Shown here piece after piece: positions 43,677 to 56,060 of a stretch of 56,060 nt of DNA. The stretch covers positions 273,242 to 329,301 of the forward strand of contig NW_004797756.1 in NCBI RefSeq assembly GCF_000002075.1. Direction: 5' to 3'. Under the pieces are notes generated by a model that saw only the letters and a program-made list of their open reading frames with translations, had not been told where the DNA came from and ran no database searches. This DNA comes from Aplysia californica (taxonomy: Eukaryota). The translations under genes were made by a program, and so were the position numbers. The stretch's first letter is position 1, and the number at the start of each line of letters is the position of its first letter.

Positions 43677-46320
43677 TACGCCCAGTGAATAATAAATAAC
43701 ATATGCATCCAGGATTTAAAAAAAAAAAAAAAGCAGGTCTCATACTCAACGAGTCAACATAATCCAAAACGCTTGGAATTGTAGTATTAGTATAACTCTG
43801 CAGGGTAGCAGCCATGACAACAACAAAAATCACAGTATGCAGACAACTCAACATGAAAGAAAAAATTTCAGTGCAACAAAACAAAAAACACAAGATTTAT
43901 TCATTTCTCCTTTTCTTCACGTCTCACAGGTGATATCTGACTCTCCAAGAAGAAAAAAAATTAAAGAAAAAGCTGATAATTAATTTTATTCGCTGCATCG
44001 TCAAACCAACAGTAAAAAAACAGCTCAAATCTAAATTAACATGATTCCATAAGATGGGACACTGCACACGTTAACTGTCACACCCAGCAGACTTGTACCA
44101 GAAAGAAAAAAGCAATAATCATGTACTCAAGTATATGCTCAGGCAAACACACTGGATACACAATAGCATTCACAAATAACGATACCCATGTACAGATATA
44201 AAGTGAACAAAACGCTCTGAAAGAAAAGTGTCAAATTATATTGCTTTTACTTGTAACCTGTGTATAAAAGTGTTTTTTAAATGAATTACTGGGACAGAAA
44301 AGAAGTGGGGAAAAGAAAAGGAAAAAAAAAAAAGAAGTGAATTTCCAATGGTGCCCTTGGGTGCTCACAAAAGCAAAGAGGAACTGATGGAACATTCACA
44401 GACAGGGAACACAACTGCACTACACACTGCTACACAAGGTCTCATTCCACCATATCCTGTCAAGCAAGCGGTGCAGTGTAAAAAAGCTACTAGATATTAC
44501 AGCACGTTGCCATACAACAAAACAACATATTACATTGTATTTCTTTAGGACACTTTAAAAAAAAATAAAAAAATAAAGACTCGTTTTGAAAAGTGAGTTA
44601 ACACAATGTAAAATAAATCTAGCACTACTGTCTCACTGAAGGCAAGACAGCTACACATTTTCCTGTCCGGAACCCCCCCACCCCAAAAAAAAAAGAAAAT
44701 GATAACAGTAAAAGAACCAATAATAAATCCAAGGATTTTTATTGTGCACCATTCAGAGTTCTGGTTCAAATAGATCTGAGGTGGGCTCCATATGGGAAAA
44801 TAGGTTTTAAAGTTTTTGTCAGCTACCCTTCTTTCTCAACAGACCTCCAAAGACAAGGAGCAGACACACATCTGTTTCCTCAGGAGTCACTAGCCATCAA
44901 ATCTTCGGTTTGGAGGAAAACTTCTCATCAGCTGTTTCAAAAATAGACAACAGATTTCAGAAAGGGAAGGGTATTGTTATATATGAACAAGATAAAGATT
45001 TTTGTCTCTTTTTATAAAAATAAAGAAATAAACAAGAAACACAGATGAAAATGTTATTTTGATGAAAAATATTTTCATTCATTTTATTCAGGTATTTGGA
45101 TGTTCTAAATAACAAGAACAGTTCACATTAGGGAATGAGAAAAACATTTAAAGAATTCATTTGATTATCAATTTGAGCAAGGTAGTCGGAGCTGTAACTA
45201 TTTTCAAGAAAAACGTTAAATATGGCCTTAAAACTCATCTCTAAACCTCTTCACTTTTTCAAACAAAAATGTTTTGTCTTGGTCAAACAATTGGAAACCA
45301 CAGACTCAGAAACTACACTCATTCCATCGATCAAAATATCATTTTCAATGTCAATAAATTTCATTTAATATGTCCCCACTTCAGTTGCTGTTAGGACAAA
45401 AGGAAAACATTATAACACAGATTATCATCATAAAGTAACGCACTACTTGAGACTAGATACAAAATCTGGACCCAAAAAACTACACCACAAAAAAGAAGTT
45501 ATTACTACATCAGCTAAAATGAGATGAACATGGAAATACAATTTTAATTATGACAGAAAATCAAAGATATTTTTTTCTTGCAGAAGGCAGAAATACATCT
45601 TCAAAACTAGCTCACTTTTGAAAGGTATTAGTTTTAGTCCGAAATTCAACAATTATACACAGTGCATGGTCCTTAAAACAGAAGTAACTGCATTTGGACT
45701 AAAAGTTCTGAACTCTTTCTCTCCCAATCTTATATCGCAGAGTGAGCTCACTGCCAAACTTTCCAGCCCGTGGTAAATAAAAAACTTATTTATTAGTATA
45801 AGAATTCTACAGGCTAGGTTTTGCAGATACTCAGGCTCATACCAGATGATGGAATGATTATTCATCACATGGTCATCAATCATAGACCAGGTTTTGCCTT
45901 CAGAATTAACAGCCACTGCAAGTAACAGGGAAAATAGTAATATCCACTAGGATTTCCATTGTGTTAACCAAGTCTTCACAGGTAATAATTTTCAGAGCTT
46001 CTCCCTCTGTCTTCAACAGAAATGTAAATTCATTTTTTTTTGTGGTCATTTTTTGACGGTTGTGCAAGATTTAACCATTTATTTGATCTCTGAGGAGGAT
46101 TGTCAGTATTACAAATTTACCACATCCCTTGGTCCATCGCTTTTAAGAACAAAAACTATCCAACATTTGCATATATAGGAATACTGAAAGCCACAGTCTT
46201 CTTGCTGATTCCATTACATGGAGAAACCATCTTGCACTAGGGATAAAAAAAACAACCAAACATTCATCTGACTATGGAAACAGTTTTATTTGGCATGAGA
46301 CAAAGAACTGCGTCCTCTCA

Positions 46321-46463
46321 CTAACTCTTCTGAGTGTACTCGGGCGGGTCTACCGAGGATCCTTCCCAGTTTGCTCCAGTGCTGGCAGCAGAAGAGTCTC
46401 CCCCTGCGGCCACCGATGCCCCCTGCTGCTGTTTCAGTTGGAGCATTTCTTCACTGGGTGTGT
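46321..46463 (-). CDS. BPNT1: BPNT1 distal last exon encoding a low-complexity C-terminal tail
   Basis: gactttcgtctcacag|AC ACA CCC...AGT TAG; phase 1 matches the donor after 49685; GC-rich; (D)[21 protein letters not shown]...PPEYTQKS*; AATAAA on - at about 46285-46290. Confidence 0.75.
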
Positions 46464-49400
46464 CTGTGAGACGAAAGTCATAAAACAAAGTGCACATTGA
46501 GAGTGAGGGAGAGTATGTATGTGGTGGCGCACGCTTTTTTGTGGTAGTGGGCACCAAATGAACAATGATTTGAGCCACAGTATACAATATAATTGTCTGT
46601 TTTGCAAGCAATCCACTTAAATCTGTCACTTTTTACACTAAAGACAAAAAACCCCCAACTAGCCTTAGCTGTGTTGTTCCTATAAAAGGAAGAATGAAAA
46701 GCAAGAGAATTGCAAGCCCTGACCATAGCATTAAACTGTATTTTGGTGATGTTGAGAGGTGCATCTTTGAAAGAGCTTTGGGAGTGTGTAAAACTAAAAA
46801 ATTCTCCAAATGTGGACATAAAAGGATAGCTTATGACACTGATGATTATATTGAGGCTCTGGCAGGAAGGCAAATTCACTACACTTCAAGAGTCAAATTA
46901 TACTCTGTTTATTCATAGTAGAAGCAGAATACTGCACGAGTGGAACTTAATTCATTTTTATTGTTTTTTTTTTTTTTGGGGGGGGGGGGGGGGGCAGAAA
47001 CATAAAAATTTAGAATTCAAGAATATTCAAACTGCACCTAGCTGCTGCTTGTCTTTTGTCAACATATATGACTTTTACGACATCTAAGACAATGATGTCT
47101 TACTCGGATGAAGGTAGTTATTGTTGAGGGAAGTTATTATATCTTGTTAGCAAGATAACCACATGTTTTCGAAGAACAGAAAAGGATATTGGCAATTCAC
47201 ATAAGAAGTATGAGAAGCAGACCAAATTAGAGAACCCATTAACAAAAAACTGGTGAAGCAAATCAAAACGATACAGTTAGAGAGGGAAGAAGTAAGATGA
47301 AGAGAGGGCTAAACGTTGGTTAAATTCAGTTTCAGTTTGATTTATCACTTAACTATGCTCAAATAGATCAATTTGAAAACAGACCCTTGGATGAGTGTTA
47401 GCATAAATGAGAACCGTTTAAAAGAAAATGTAGTTTCAGAGAGCAGATGGCAGTGACTATATATGTGGGGATGAAAAAAGGTCCATATTTGACACATGGG
47501 GAATAAATCTAAGGGAGGGTAAAAAAAATCAACACATAATGAAACTTTCAGAAGTGCGAGTTCGCAGGAAAATCAGGAGTAACAGAAGACAAAATTCTTT
47601 CAAAGGATGTCTGAAGAGCTTTTAGTTTTGGTAAGAGTTTTACGGCACTTGCAACACAATAAGGTCACATAAGTGCTGAAGTTTAGAGGTGTTACAAGAG
47701 AGTAACAAACAGAAAAAAGAAGGAGGGGAGATAAAGACGATAGATGTTCGATAGGAGAGAAGAAGGAAAACCACACCAGAACACCCTCCAACCACCCACT
47801 CTGAAGAGCTTAAACCAATCAAATCAAGTGATATGCCAACACTGACAATTACTGCTAAACCAGCTGTAAGCACAACACTGTGAGATACTCGTGCCCTGAA
47901 AACAACAAAGTGTGAGCACAATCTAGATCTGGATTAGAGCTACAACAATTGCCTGACCAAAGAACAGCAAGACATGGCATTGCATAATTAATAGGTATAG
48001 CTTCTTCAATAGAGAAATCACCCTTAGAGCCAATATTCATGATGAAAGTAAGAATCGACAAATGGCATTTGAACAGCAATGCATATTACTACTCACACTC
48101 CTAGACTAACTTATGATTGCTCTTAATGATTATTAAATCAGAAAACTTCCAAGGGCAAAGAAGGCTCAACCACTGAAAATGAAAAGCTCATCGTTCTTCT
48201 TCCGTCTTAACTGTAACTTGAAAAATGGAACAAAAATAAGACTGACTTTTCACTACACTACTATTTCACAAGTGACAAGCATCAAAAGCTTTCTTAACAA
48301 GGAGGAATAAAGAGGTCAGACAGTTGCTTTCAACCAATGACGAAAAATCCCCTACACTCAATATATCATGCACCGACATTTACTGTGATATTTACAATAC
48401 TGATAGTAGTACGTGAGCAAAAGAGAAGTTACCACAGAACCAAGGAGGAAAAAGTGGAAGAAATCAAAACTCAAAAGACCTCTCCAGGATACAAGTTTAC
48501 AAAATCAATTCGCACTTGCTTTCAACTGGTCTTGCTCTGCCTCTGGTTTCTGACCCCTGCCCTGCAGTCACAATTGATCTGCAGACATTTCGTATTCAAA
48601 TACTAGAGCAGGGAAAGCAAACACGGGTAATAAAATTTAAAAATCTAGAGATCTTAAAATAACTGAGGTCATAGGGGGCACAAATATAAATTGCAACCTC
48701 TGAAGAATCACAAATACAGTTCATTCATACTTTTTTCACACATTCCTTAGATATGCAACAGTATTCTTGCACACATTGAGATCAGAAAGCAACTCAATGA
48801 AGAGGCCAATTTGTCCCTGACATGAAATATGTAACATCATTCTAATGAACAGTTTAACTCTCCTGCTTCTAGCCCAAAAAGAAACTATACAGAAGAGAAA
48901 AAAATACAAATTCATTTATCAGAACAACTCCATTCTTTATACCTTGCATACAAGAAAACATTAGCTAGTAGTTCAACAAACAATTGAATTTCTCATATGA
49001 TAATAACACAAACCCACACTCATGATCAGAACGTTGCACTGAATCTTCCAAAGTTGCAATTAGCTCTGGAAAATTTTGTCTGAGGCCAAATGTATTTAAA
49101 AGTAGATTGAAACGGAAAAAATACTCTTCTCTAAGCCTTAGGGGTCTAAACGAAAAGCTCATACCCAAGTCTTAAATATAATAAACCCTGACTCGTTCTT
49201 AAGTTCTTAAGTTTTACATTTTAAAATAAAAAAACCCTACTCATTCCCAAGTCATTGAATGAAAAAAAAAGACTAAACTCATTCTATACTAGAATATAAA
49301 GTAAAAAAACCCAACCCCTTCCCATGTCTTAAACAAAACTTGAAAAAAACTCAACTCATTCCAAAGTCTGAAACAAAAAAAGAATTATTAAAACTGGATT

Positions 49401-52400
49401 GGTAACTCTTAAATAATGATAAACTACTCTCAAGTCAAAAATTTTAAAATGAAAAAAAAAAAATCTCATTGTCAAATCTCACATAAAAAACCCAACTCAT
49501 TCCAAGTTTGAAATCCCCTCTTCCTCCACTCACCCATTCCCATGTCTTCATCATAAAACAAACGAATTCCCAAGACTTCAATAATTTCTGCACTCTTCTA
49601 CTTTTCTATGTTTTTCCATCCCTTCTCTCACAATAATAAATCATATCATTCATTCACAATCGATCCATATCTAAAGACACTTACCAGAGACAAAATTCTC
49701 TCTGATCTCCTGCGGGATCTTGTCCACATACCACTGGTGGCTGTACAAGGTGGCAAGGACACCGCCTGCGTTCTTACGCTGGACCTTCTCGTGGTACAGG
49801 ATGGGCTTGCCCAGGAGGTCGGTCAGTCGGCCTCCGATGGCGTGAAGGACAGCCTCTGGGGCACAGGTGTCCCACTTCTTGCAGCCCTTGCTGGCGAACA
49901 CGTAGGCGTGAACTTTGCCCTCAATCAGCAACAGAACCTACGAGCATAGGAAACAACATTTTCATCTTGCCAATTTGTTAGTGTGAGGTCAAATTCTGAG
50001 TTTGAATTAAAATATTTTTTTTTCTAAAGTAATTTCTTCTAATTTTGCCAGGGTGAGATAAAGTTAAAAGAGAACCACAAAATAAAAGTTCCTCTTCACA
50101 ATTTGCAAGTGTGAGATCCTCCTTCTTTATTTCTTGAAACAGTACATGCTTTTTCAGACCCCCATAATGCTTGCTAGTTTGAGTAAAGAGAAGAACATTG
50201 ACACAATTATGGCCATTAAGTGCTGGGAAAAAAGTAAAATGACAGACATGACAGAGGGAAAGAAAAGAAGTAGGAGTTACTAGTGGCCCCCTACAACCAC
50301 TCACGATGTCAATCCCTTAAGTTGTCGTGAGGTAGATAAGATGAATATGCACAATAACTGTCACACTTGCCAAATTATAGCAATGATAATGGAAATAAAC
50401 AAGAAGAGGACAGAGAAGATGATGAAGCTGGAGTACACACCAACCACCCTCAGTCCAAGAAGCGAGAGATAAAGTCTAATCGATACAAATACATTACGAC
50501 AACTATAACACACACCTTGTGTCCGGCGCCACCGACCCTGACAATCTCTGAAGGCTCGCAGGAATTGACAGCCTCTGTGACGATCCAATCAGAGTGAGAC
50601 CGTGTGGTTGTGATCAGGTTTTTGTCTGCGGGAGGCACCTGACGAGTGAAACCGAAAGATCCTGGAAATAGAAAGACAACATTTTGAGTAACTCATATCA
50701 TTAGGTTTTGCTTGTTGTTTTTAAACTGAAAGAGATTTTAGGCATTATCCTTAAGATTAAAAGTTCACAGTAGAATGGTCAAAGCTACCACATTAACACA
50801 TTTTAATCCATAATTTACCAATATTCAGCACCAAATCAGGACATGGGTTGAAAAAAAAAAGGCTGAAAAAAATATTTCCATATATGCTACAATAGATCAA
50901 CAACAAAATTCCTCCTTTCACGTGTCGAACTTCAACTACTGCTCAGTGAAAAGAAAAAGATATTCCAGTAAGAATGACTAAAAAAGAAAAAAAGTAAAAC
51001 CGAACACCAAACTCTTCAGATGTCTATAATCAATGCAAAAAAAAAAGGCTTTTAAAAAGCTCGATTAAAATGCTCAACACAAACAAACTTTCTTTTGACA
51101 TTTTGGGCAAAGATCTTTTCAACTTTCATAGCAAATTTTCGGCACACACCTTTTTAATTTACATAAAACATTAAAGGCAATGACGCTTTGACTTTTCATA
51201 TTCCATTTTGGGCATAGACGCTTTCAACTTTCATAGCACGTTTCAGGCAAAGACCTGTCTAAAAAGATTTTTCTCACGTGATCCAGCCTCTTGCATCTAC
51301 AATAGTTACTCCACAAGATTATATATACAATGAGGAACATTTACCCAGCCCAATGAGGCCCCAGATACATCTCCCCATCTCGGCTTCCGGGCCGGCCTCA
51401 TAGTTATACCAGGGCTGGTAGATGACCCCAGCCTTGGCCTCTCCGTTGACTGCGATGCCGATCAGGACAGTCACATGATCCAGAAGACCTGCGAGGTAGA
51501 AGAACAGTATTTATAGAGAATGATGGTTCCAAAAAGCTGCATAAGCTATCAATCATTAGTCATGCCTTTCTTCAGAATAATTCTTCTTTCAGCAACAAGT
51601 GCGATTAGCAGCAACAGTGAATGATTTTTTGTGTATGATGCATTCTTTAGTCAGAACTGGGTAAACTACAGGTGTATAGGTATTCGAAAGGATTGTGAAA
51701 AGATTGTGTGTTTGTGAGTGTGTNNNNNNNNNNNNNNNNNNNNNNNNNNNNNNNNNNNNNNNNNNNNNNNNNNNNNNNNNNNNNNNNNNNNNNNNNNNNN
51801 NNNNNNNNNNNNNNNNNNNNNNNNNNNNNNNNNNNNNNNNNNNNNNNNNNNNNNNNNNNNNNNNNNNNNNNNNNNNNNNNNNNNAGTATTTACTTTGCTG
51901 CATCACATTTCTCTTTGTGAAGATTAAGAAAATGTCATTTAATCTTATCTTATGATGTCATCAGCTAGGACATTAACTTAGAGGGTAATGCTAATAAAAC
52001 TAGACTGTAGTATGAAAAACACGTTAAACTGCAGGAAAGTACACAATAAATGTTAAATGTCGCAACACCAGATTTAGAGAGAGAGAAAAACAATCTAACA
52101 TTTAAGACACAATTCAAGATTCTCTGACTAGACAAACTGAAAAAAGTGCTGATAAAGTGACCAATTTCAAACATGAAAAAATAACACAAACCTAAAAAGA
52201 CAAAACAAAAAATAAACAAATAAACACCCTTACACATACAACCCCCCTTCCCCCCAACAAAACTTCTCCCATTCATTCACTTAATGTATCCCAGATGCAG
52301 TTCTCTCTCACCTTGCGTGAACTCAGCTGTTCCATCCAGTGGATCCACCCAGATCACAATCTGGAAAATAATTGAATACATTTTAAATGGACATTAAAAT

Positions 52401-54371
52401 ACAATTCTTCGGTAACAATACATGGATTCCTCATTATCTCTTTGAGGACAAAGAATTTGACAGGGGTTTTTTTCATGTAAAAAAAAGACAGACTCATAGC
52501 TGCCCTACTGGGGACAGGCAACGATTTGTTCTCAAAGCTTATAACTTTTCCTTATATAAGCATTATTGCATTAATTCTACTGTTTTTTATCCGTATATTT
52601 AAGCGTCAAGGCTTACAGCTATCCACCAGTATACTTAAAAAACATTTTGGAATTAAATTCAATCAAAAGTAAGACAAACTGAAGTTATAAAACACAGTCA
52701 AATCTGCTCTAATTATGCCATTTGTCCAAGACAATCACATGTACAAATGCCCACGTCCCACTTCCCCTCTTGCATTTTAAAAATATTATAGTCAAAACAA
52801 TTTAAAGAAGCTAACGCTATGTTGGATCTGGTTTCAATGATTCATTTAACTTGCCTTAAGAAAGAAGCTACAAAACAATCAAACCAACTGTTCAGCGAAA
52901 GACTCTTTTGTTTAGTTTTAGTAGAGGTTTTACGGCGCTCGCAACTGCATAAGGTCATATGAGCGCCAGAAGATCAGAGGTGTTACAAGAGAGTAACAAA
53001 CATAAAAAAGAAGAAGGGNNNNNNNNNNNNNNNNNNNNNNNNNNNNNNNNNNNNNNNNNNNNNNNNNNNNNNNNNNNNNNNNNNNNNNNNNNNNNNNNNN
53101 NNNNNNNNNNNNNNNNNNGTTTACTTAACTCTTTAAAGACGTAGCGGACACATCATCTTACAACTACNNNNNNNNNNNNNNNNNNNNNNNNNNNNNNNNN
53201 NNNNNNNNNNNNNNNNNNNNNNNNNNNNNNNNNNNNNNNNNNNNNNNNNNNNNNNNNNNNNNNNNNNNNNNNNNNNNNNNNNNNNNNNNNNNNNNNTAGC
53301 CGCGTGTGTTACTAACAATGTTATTTCTGAAACACAATTTAACCTGCTGGTAAAGTATCTACTTCTGATTCAAAATGTACAAGTTGGTGTCTCGGATAGA
53401 CACGAAATAATGACCCTGCATATAGTAGAGGTAGCGTGAGATCGGAAGAAGTGAGGTCACTAACTGGAAAATCGAACATGTGACTGGAGACACCTCTGCA
53501 ATGTGACAAGGAGTCCCATGGGTGGGTGTGCTACTCAAACAAGTATTATAAAGGCATGTCCTATACTCTTAACAGACAAAGAATTCTCCTGAGGGGAGAT
53601 AAGGACGATAGATGTTTGATAGGAAAGAAGGAGCAAACCACACCAGAGCACCCGCCAACCACCCACGTGAAAGACTCTGTTATACCTAGCTTTTCAAAAT
53701 GGTGTAAGATGGAGTCTAGTGCAAAGCAGTCGAAATGTTCAGTTACAAAGTATGGAAAGAATTGAAAAGTAGTTTAGGCTGGGTCTGCACTGAAATGGAC
53801 ATTTTTCAACACAACAGAAAGAAAACAGACACTCTTCACAGCAAGGCTATTCTGGTTTTGAAAAGAGAACAGGGCGTAATCACTTACCTGATCATCTGTG
53901 ACGTTTTTGTAGATTTCTGGACACACTTTAGACATGACATCTGGGTCCAGATCTTTGGTCACGTAGTCATCTGGGATTTTCTCCATGGGATCCAAAGACT
54001 GGAAAGATGAGGTGAAAACATAAGAATGCATTGCTGCCTGTCAGGAGCTGTGTTAAGCAAAAATTTATCCAGTATTAGGGAATGAGTTATTTTGTGTAAA
54101 AAGATCAGGAGCAAAGGTTCTACAAGAGCTATTTCAGAAACAAAACAAGAAAATGTCTTCAACAGAACAGGTGGAACCAAGATGGTCGCTGGGTCCTTTT
54201 TTAGGGAAGGACACACCTTTGATTTAAGATAATTGAAAACGAAAAGTGCTGTTGTCGGGCAAGGGTCGTTTCAAGCAACAGGGACACTAAATCAATAACC
54301 ACCTCGAGCAGACCAGGATACCGGTCCATTGTTCTACTGAAAGGAGATGCAACTCTTTCTCCAACGAAGTA

Positions 54372-54436
<65 letters not shown>

Positions 54437-55155
54437 CAAAACAACAATAATAATAACATTAACAATCATCATCATCATCATCATAATATTAATAATACTA
54501 ATGATAATAATAATTGCAATTGTCCATGCTCTATGCCCTTTTCAACTCCACAGCAGACCCTAAAACAATCAGAGATATTCTCAGCTTCCAGGGAAACTTA
54601 CAAGTGGTACTAATACGCCACAACCTCTTCACACTTACTTTGTCTTATCATGTCCAGTTCTCTTTCTTTCTAACCTCTCAACCAATCGTAGATTAAAACA
54701 GATCTCTGTGACTTGATGGTGTGAATCCTTCCTTCAAAATGACCTATTTATCATCAGAAAGCTGTTCAATTGTTTTAAGCCCAGGAAGCAAAATTGTTCA
54801 GGAGAAAAAACTGTTTCACTCTTATAACAGTTGTACTTTTGTTTTCTGTATCTTTTCTTCCTTTTTTCAACATAAAAATCTGAATTTTGACAAAATATTT
54901 CTTGAGCAAATGCAACCGACAATTTTTTCAAAAATCTAAATTTTGGGCTAAGTAGGCCTACATCTGAACAGTAGACCAAAGTTATATTTTGTAGAGATTT
55001 GAAAAAAGACATAAAGGACATATAGAGGACTCATCAAGATCACTTGTCCTTACCTCCTCTCCAAAAATGGCCACCTTGGGGAACTGCTTGTGCAGGGAGG
55101 CCACGATACATCTCTGAGCCGCTCTGTCAGCCTCTGTCTGGAGGTCATTCTTGCC
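46321..55155 (-). CDS. BPNT1: 3'(2'),5'-bisphosphate nucleotidase 1 (inositol monophosphatase superfamily), 5'-partial; exons 55155-55054, 53998-53888, 52360-52312, 51488-51345, 50661-50516, 49937-49685 (or to stop at 49671), 46463-46321
   Basis: Phase-consistent AG/GT exons with IMPase-family motifs [58 protein letters not shown]. The NDLQTEADR and YNYEAGP segments look more like BPNT1 than IMPAD1. Confidence 0.93.
47620..47800 (-). mobile_element. SINE 3' body copy
   Basis: Same blocks as 55222-55405 and 29885-30050. Confidence 0.75.
48516..48602 (-). CDS. BPNT1: Candidate BPNT1 alternative exon (87 nt, phase 1-1) giving [11 protein letters not shown] at an in-frame TGA
   Basis: gtgtttgctttccctgctctag|TA TTT GAA...TTG TGA CTG CAG...GCA A|gtgcga. 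Confidence 0.45.
49671..49937 (-). CDS. BPNT1: BPNT1 exon with WD motif; internal donor after 49685 or read-on to GKCL*
   Basis: ctcgtag|GTT CTG...; [36 protein letters not shown]...[11 protein letters not shown] then TCT G|gtaagt. Confidence 0.93.
   Translation of the reverse strand, partial: VLLLIEGKVHAYVFASKGCKKWDTCAPEAVLHAIGGRLTDLLGKPILYHEKVQRKNAGGVLATLYSHQWYVDKIPQEIRENFVSGKCL
50516..50661 (-). CDS. BPNT1: BPNT1 exon
   Basis: ttccag|GA TCT...CAC AAG|gtgtgt; [23 protein letters not shown]...VRVGGAGHK. Confidence 0.95.
51345..51488 (-). CDS. BPNT1: BPNT1 exon
   Basis: cgcag|GT CTT...CTG G|gtaaat; [48 protein letters not shown]. Confidence 0.95.
52312..52360 (-). CDS. BPNT1: BPNT1 exon, metal-binding DPLDGT motif
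   Basis: ttccag|ATT GTG...CAA G|gtgaga; [17 protein letters not shown]. Confidence 0.95.
52908..53018 (-). mobile_element. SINE tail fragment (cut by gap); further fragments at about 53590-53668 (-) and 3186-3265 (+)
   Basis: Nearly identical to 55222-55330. Confidence 0.7.
53888..53998 (-). CDS. BPNT1: BPNT1 exon
   Basis: ttccag|TCT...CAG|gtaagt; [37 protein letters not shown]. Confidence 0.9.
54372..54513. repeat. (AAT)n/(CAT)n microsatellite
   Basis: Direct reading. Confidence 0.95.
55054..55155 (-). CDS. BPNT1: BPNT1 exon
   Basis: ctccag|GGC AAG AAT...GAG GAG|gtaagg; [34 protein letters not shown]. Confidence 0.93.
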
Positions 55156-55221
55156 CTGGAGACAAACAAAACATAGAGAAATAAATACATAGAAAGCAGG
55201 TGAGCAGATAAACAGTTGAAA

Positions 55222-55405
55222 TGTTTTGTTTTAGTAGAGGTTTTACAGCGCTCGCAACTGCATAAGGTCATATGAGCGCCAGAAGATTAGAGGTGTTACA
55301 AGAGAGTAACACAAACATAAAAAAGAAGAAGGGGAGATAAGGACGTTAGATGTTTGATAGGAAAGAAGGAGCAAACCACACCAGAGCACCTGCCAACCGC
55401 CCACA
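55222..55405 (-). mobile_element. SINE 3' body copy
   Basis: agaggtgttacaagagagtaac...aggagcaaaccacaccagagcacctgccaaccgcccac. Confidence 0.75.
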
Positions 55406-55583
55406 AACAGTTGAAAGGATGGGGAAGAAGAGAGAAAGAGCAAAATAGAATAATGGTTATGGAAGGTTGGACGATCACCGTACGGTTGATAAACAGAAAG
55501 ATATAATAGACACATAGACAGATACTGATTGATAGACATATAGATCAAAGAGAGTTATGTTGAGAGATGGGCGGGTACATAAA

Positions 55584-55831
55584 TGGTCGCTTTTAAGGAC
55601 AAGAGTGCTAACCCAAATTTTGGGGGTTTCCAGAAATCTTGACCTACACCCAAAAGTGGGCATTGCCCTACGTATGGGAGAAGTTTTGTTTTGTTGGTAT
55701 GTATATTTGTTTGGTTATTGAGAAACTCTCCTTGTCTTTTAAAGAAACTGAACAAGGGTCCAAAAACTTTACCATCGATTTTCTCAATACAGCTTTTTTC
55801 GGGTTAGCCCCCTTGTGCTTGAAAGCGACCA
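55584..55831. mobile_element. MITE family C, copy 2
   Basis: TGGTCGCTTTTAAGGACAAG...CTTGTGCTTGAAAGCGACCA; shares internal aaatcttgacctacacc and aaactctccttgtcttttaaagaaactgaa. Confidence 0.85.
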
Positions 55832-56060
55832 AATAATGAGTAAACTTTGAATAAGATGGGGAGATAAAATGCTTGTCAGAAATTGGGCTATAAGCTGAGG
55901 ACAGAAAGTCACATTTACTCACTGAAAAACATAGGACCAAAGCACCATGAGGAGAGTATCATAACCATTATAAACATTGACCCCCCCTCCTTTTCTTCAC
56001 AAAAAAATACAAAATACAAAATAAATACAAAACAACAAAAAACACCCAAAACAACAACAA

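Noticed and set aside
44880-44940. Possible SECIS in the BPNT1 3' UTR (ATGA...AAA...GA on -)
   Set aside because: Spacing and helix pairing do not fit a SECIS by eye; a proper SECISearch run is needed
49150-49582. CRISPR-like appearance of the repeat/spacer array
   Set aside because: Repeats are degenerate, spacers are low-complexity A-runs, the context is a eukaryotic intron and there are no cas genes
49608-49949. 113-aa + strand ORF (also 1570-1851 and 554-742 on -)
   Set aside because: Antisense shadows of real BPNT1 or calpain exons

Overview
Eukaryotic, AT-rich, intron-rich animal DNA with several assembly gaps. A lophotrochozoan/gastropod-like origin is an impression only. Two convergent genes dominate. 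(1) A classical PEF-domain calpain on + (calpain-B/calpain-9-like; 17 coding exons in the window, 571-33462, 5' exons with the catalytic Cys lie upstream). It has a U12-type intron at 28583-28895 and two unusually long introns (7611-20581, 20718-28523) that contain frame-preserving candidate microexons. (2) BPNT1 on - (55155 to 46321, first exon upstream of the window), with what look like three alternative C-termini, one through an 87-nt exon with an in-frame TGA. Between them lie a duplicated block of 150-bp tandem repeats, a deleted mariner whose end coincides with the duplication breakpoint, and a gap-bounded CpG/TCTAGA-rich island that resembles a bidirectional promoter with orphan first exons. 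Introns hold several MITE families, a tRNA-derived SINE family and microsatellites. All exon boundaries were read by eye; no alignments or database searches were run.
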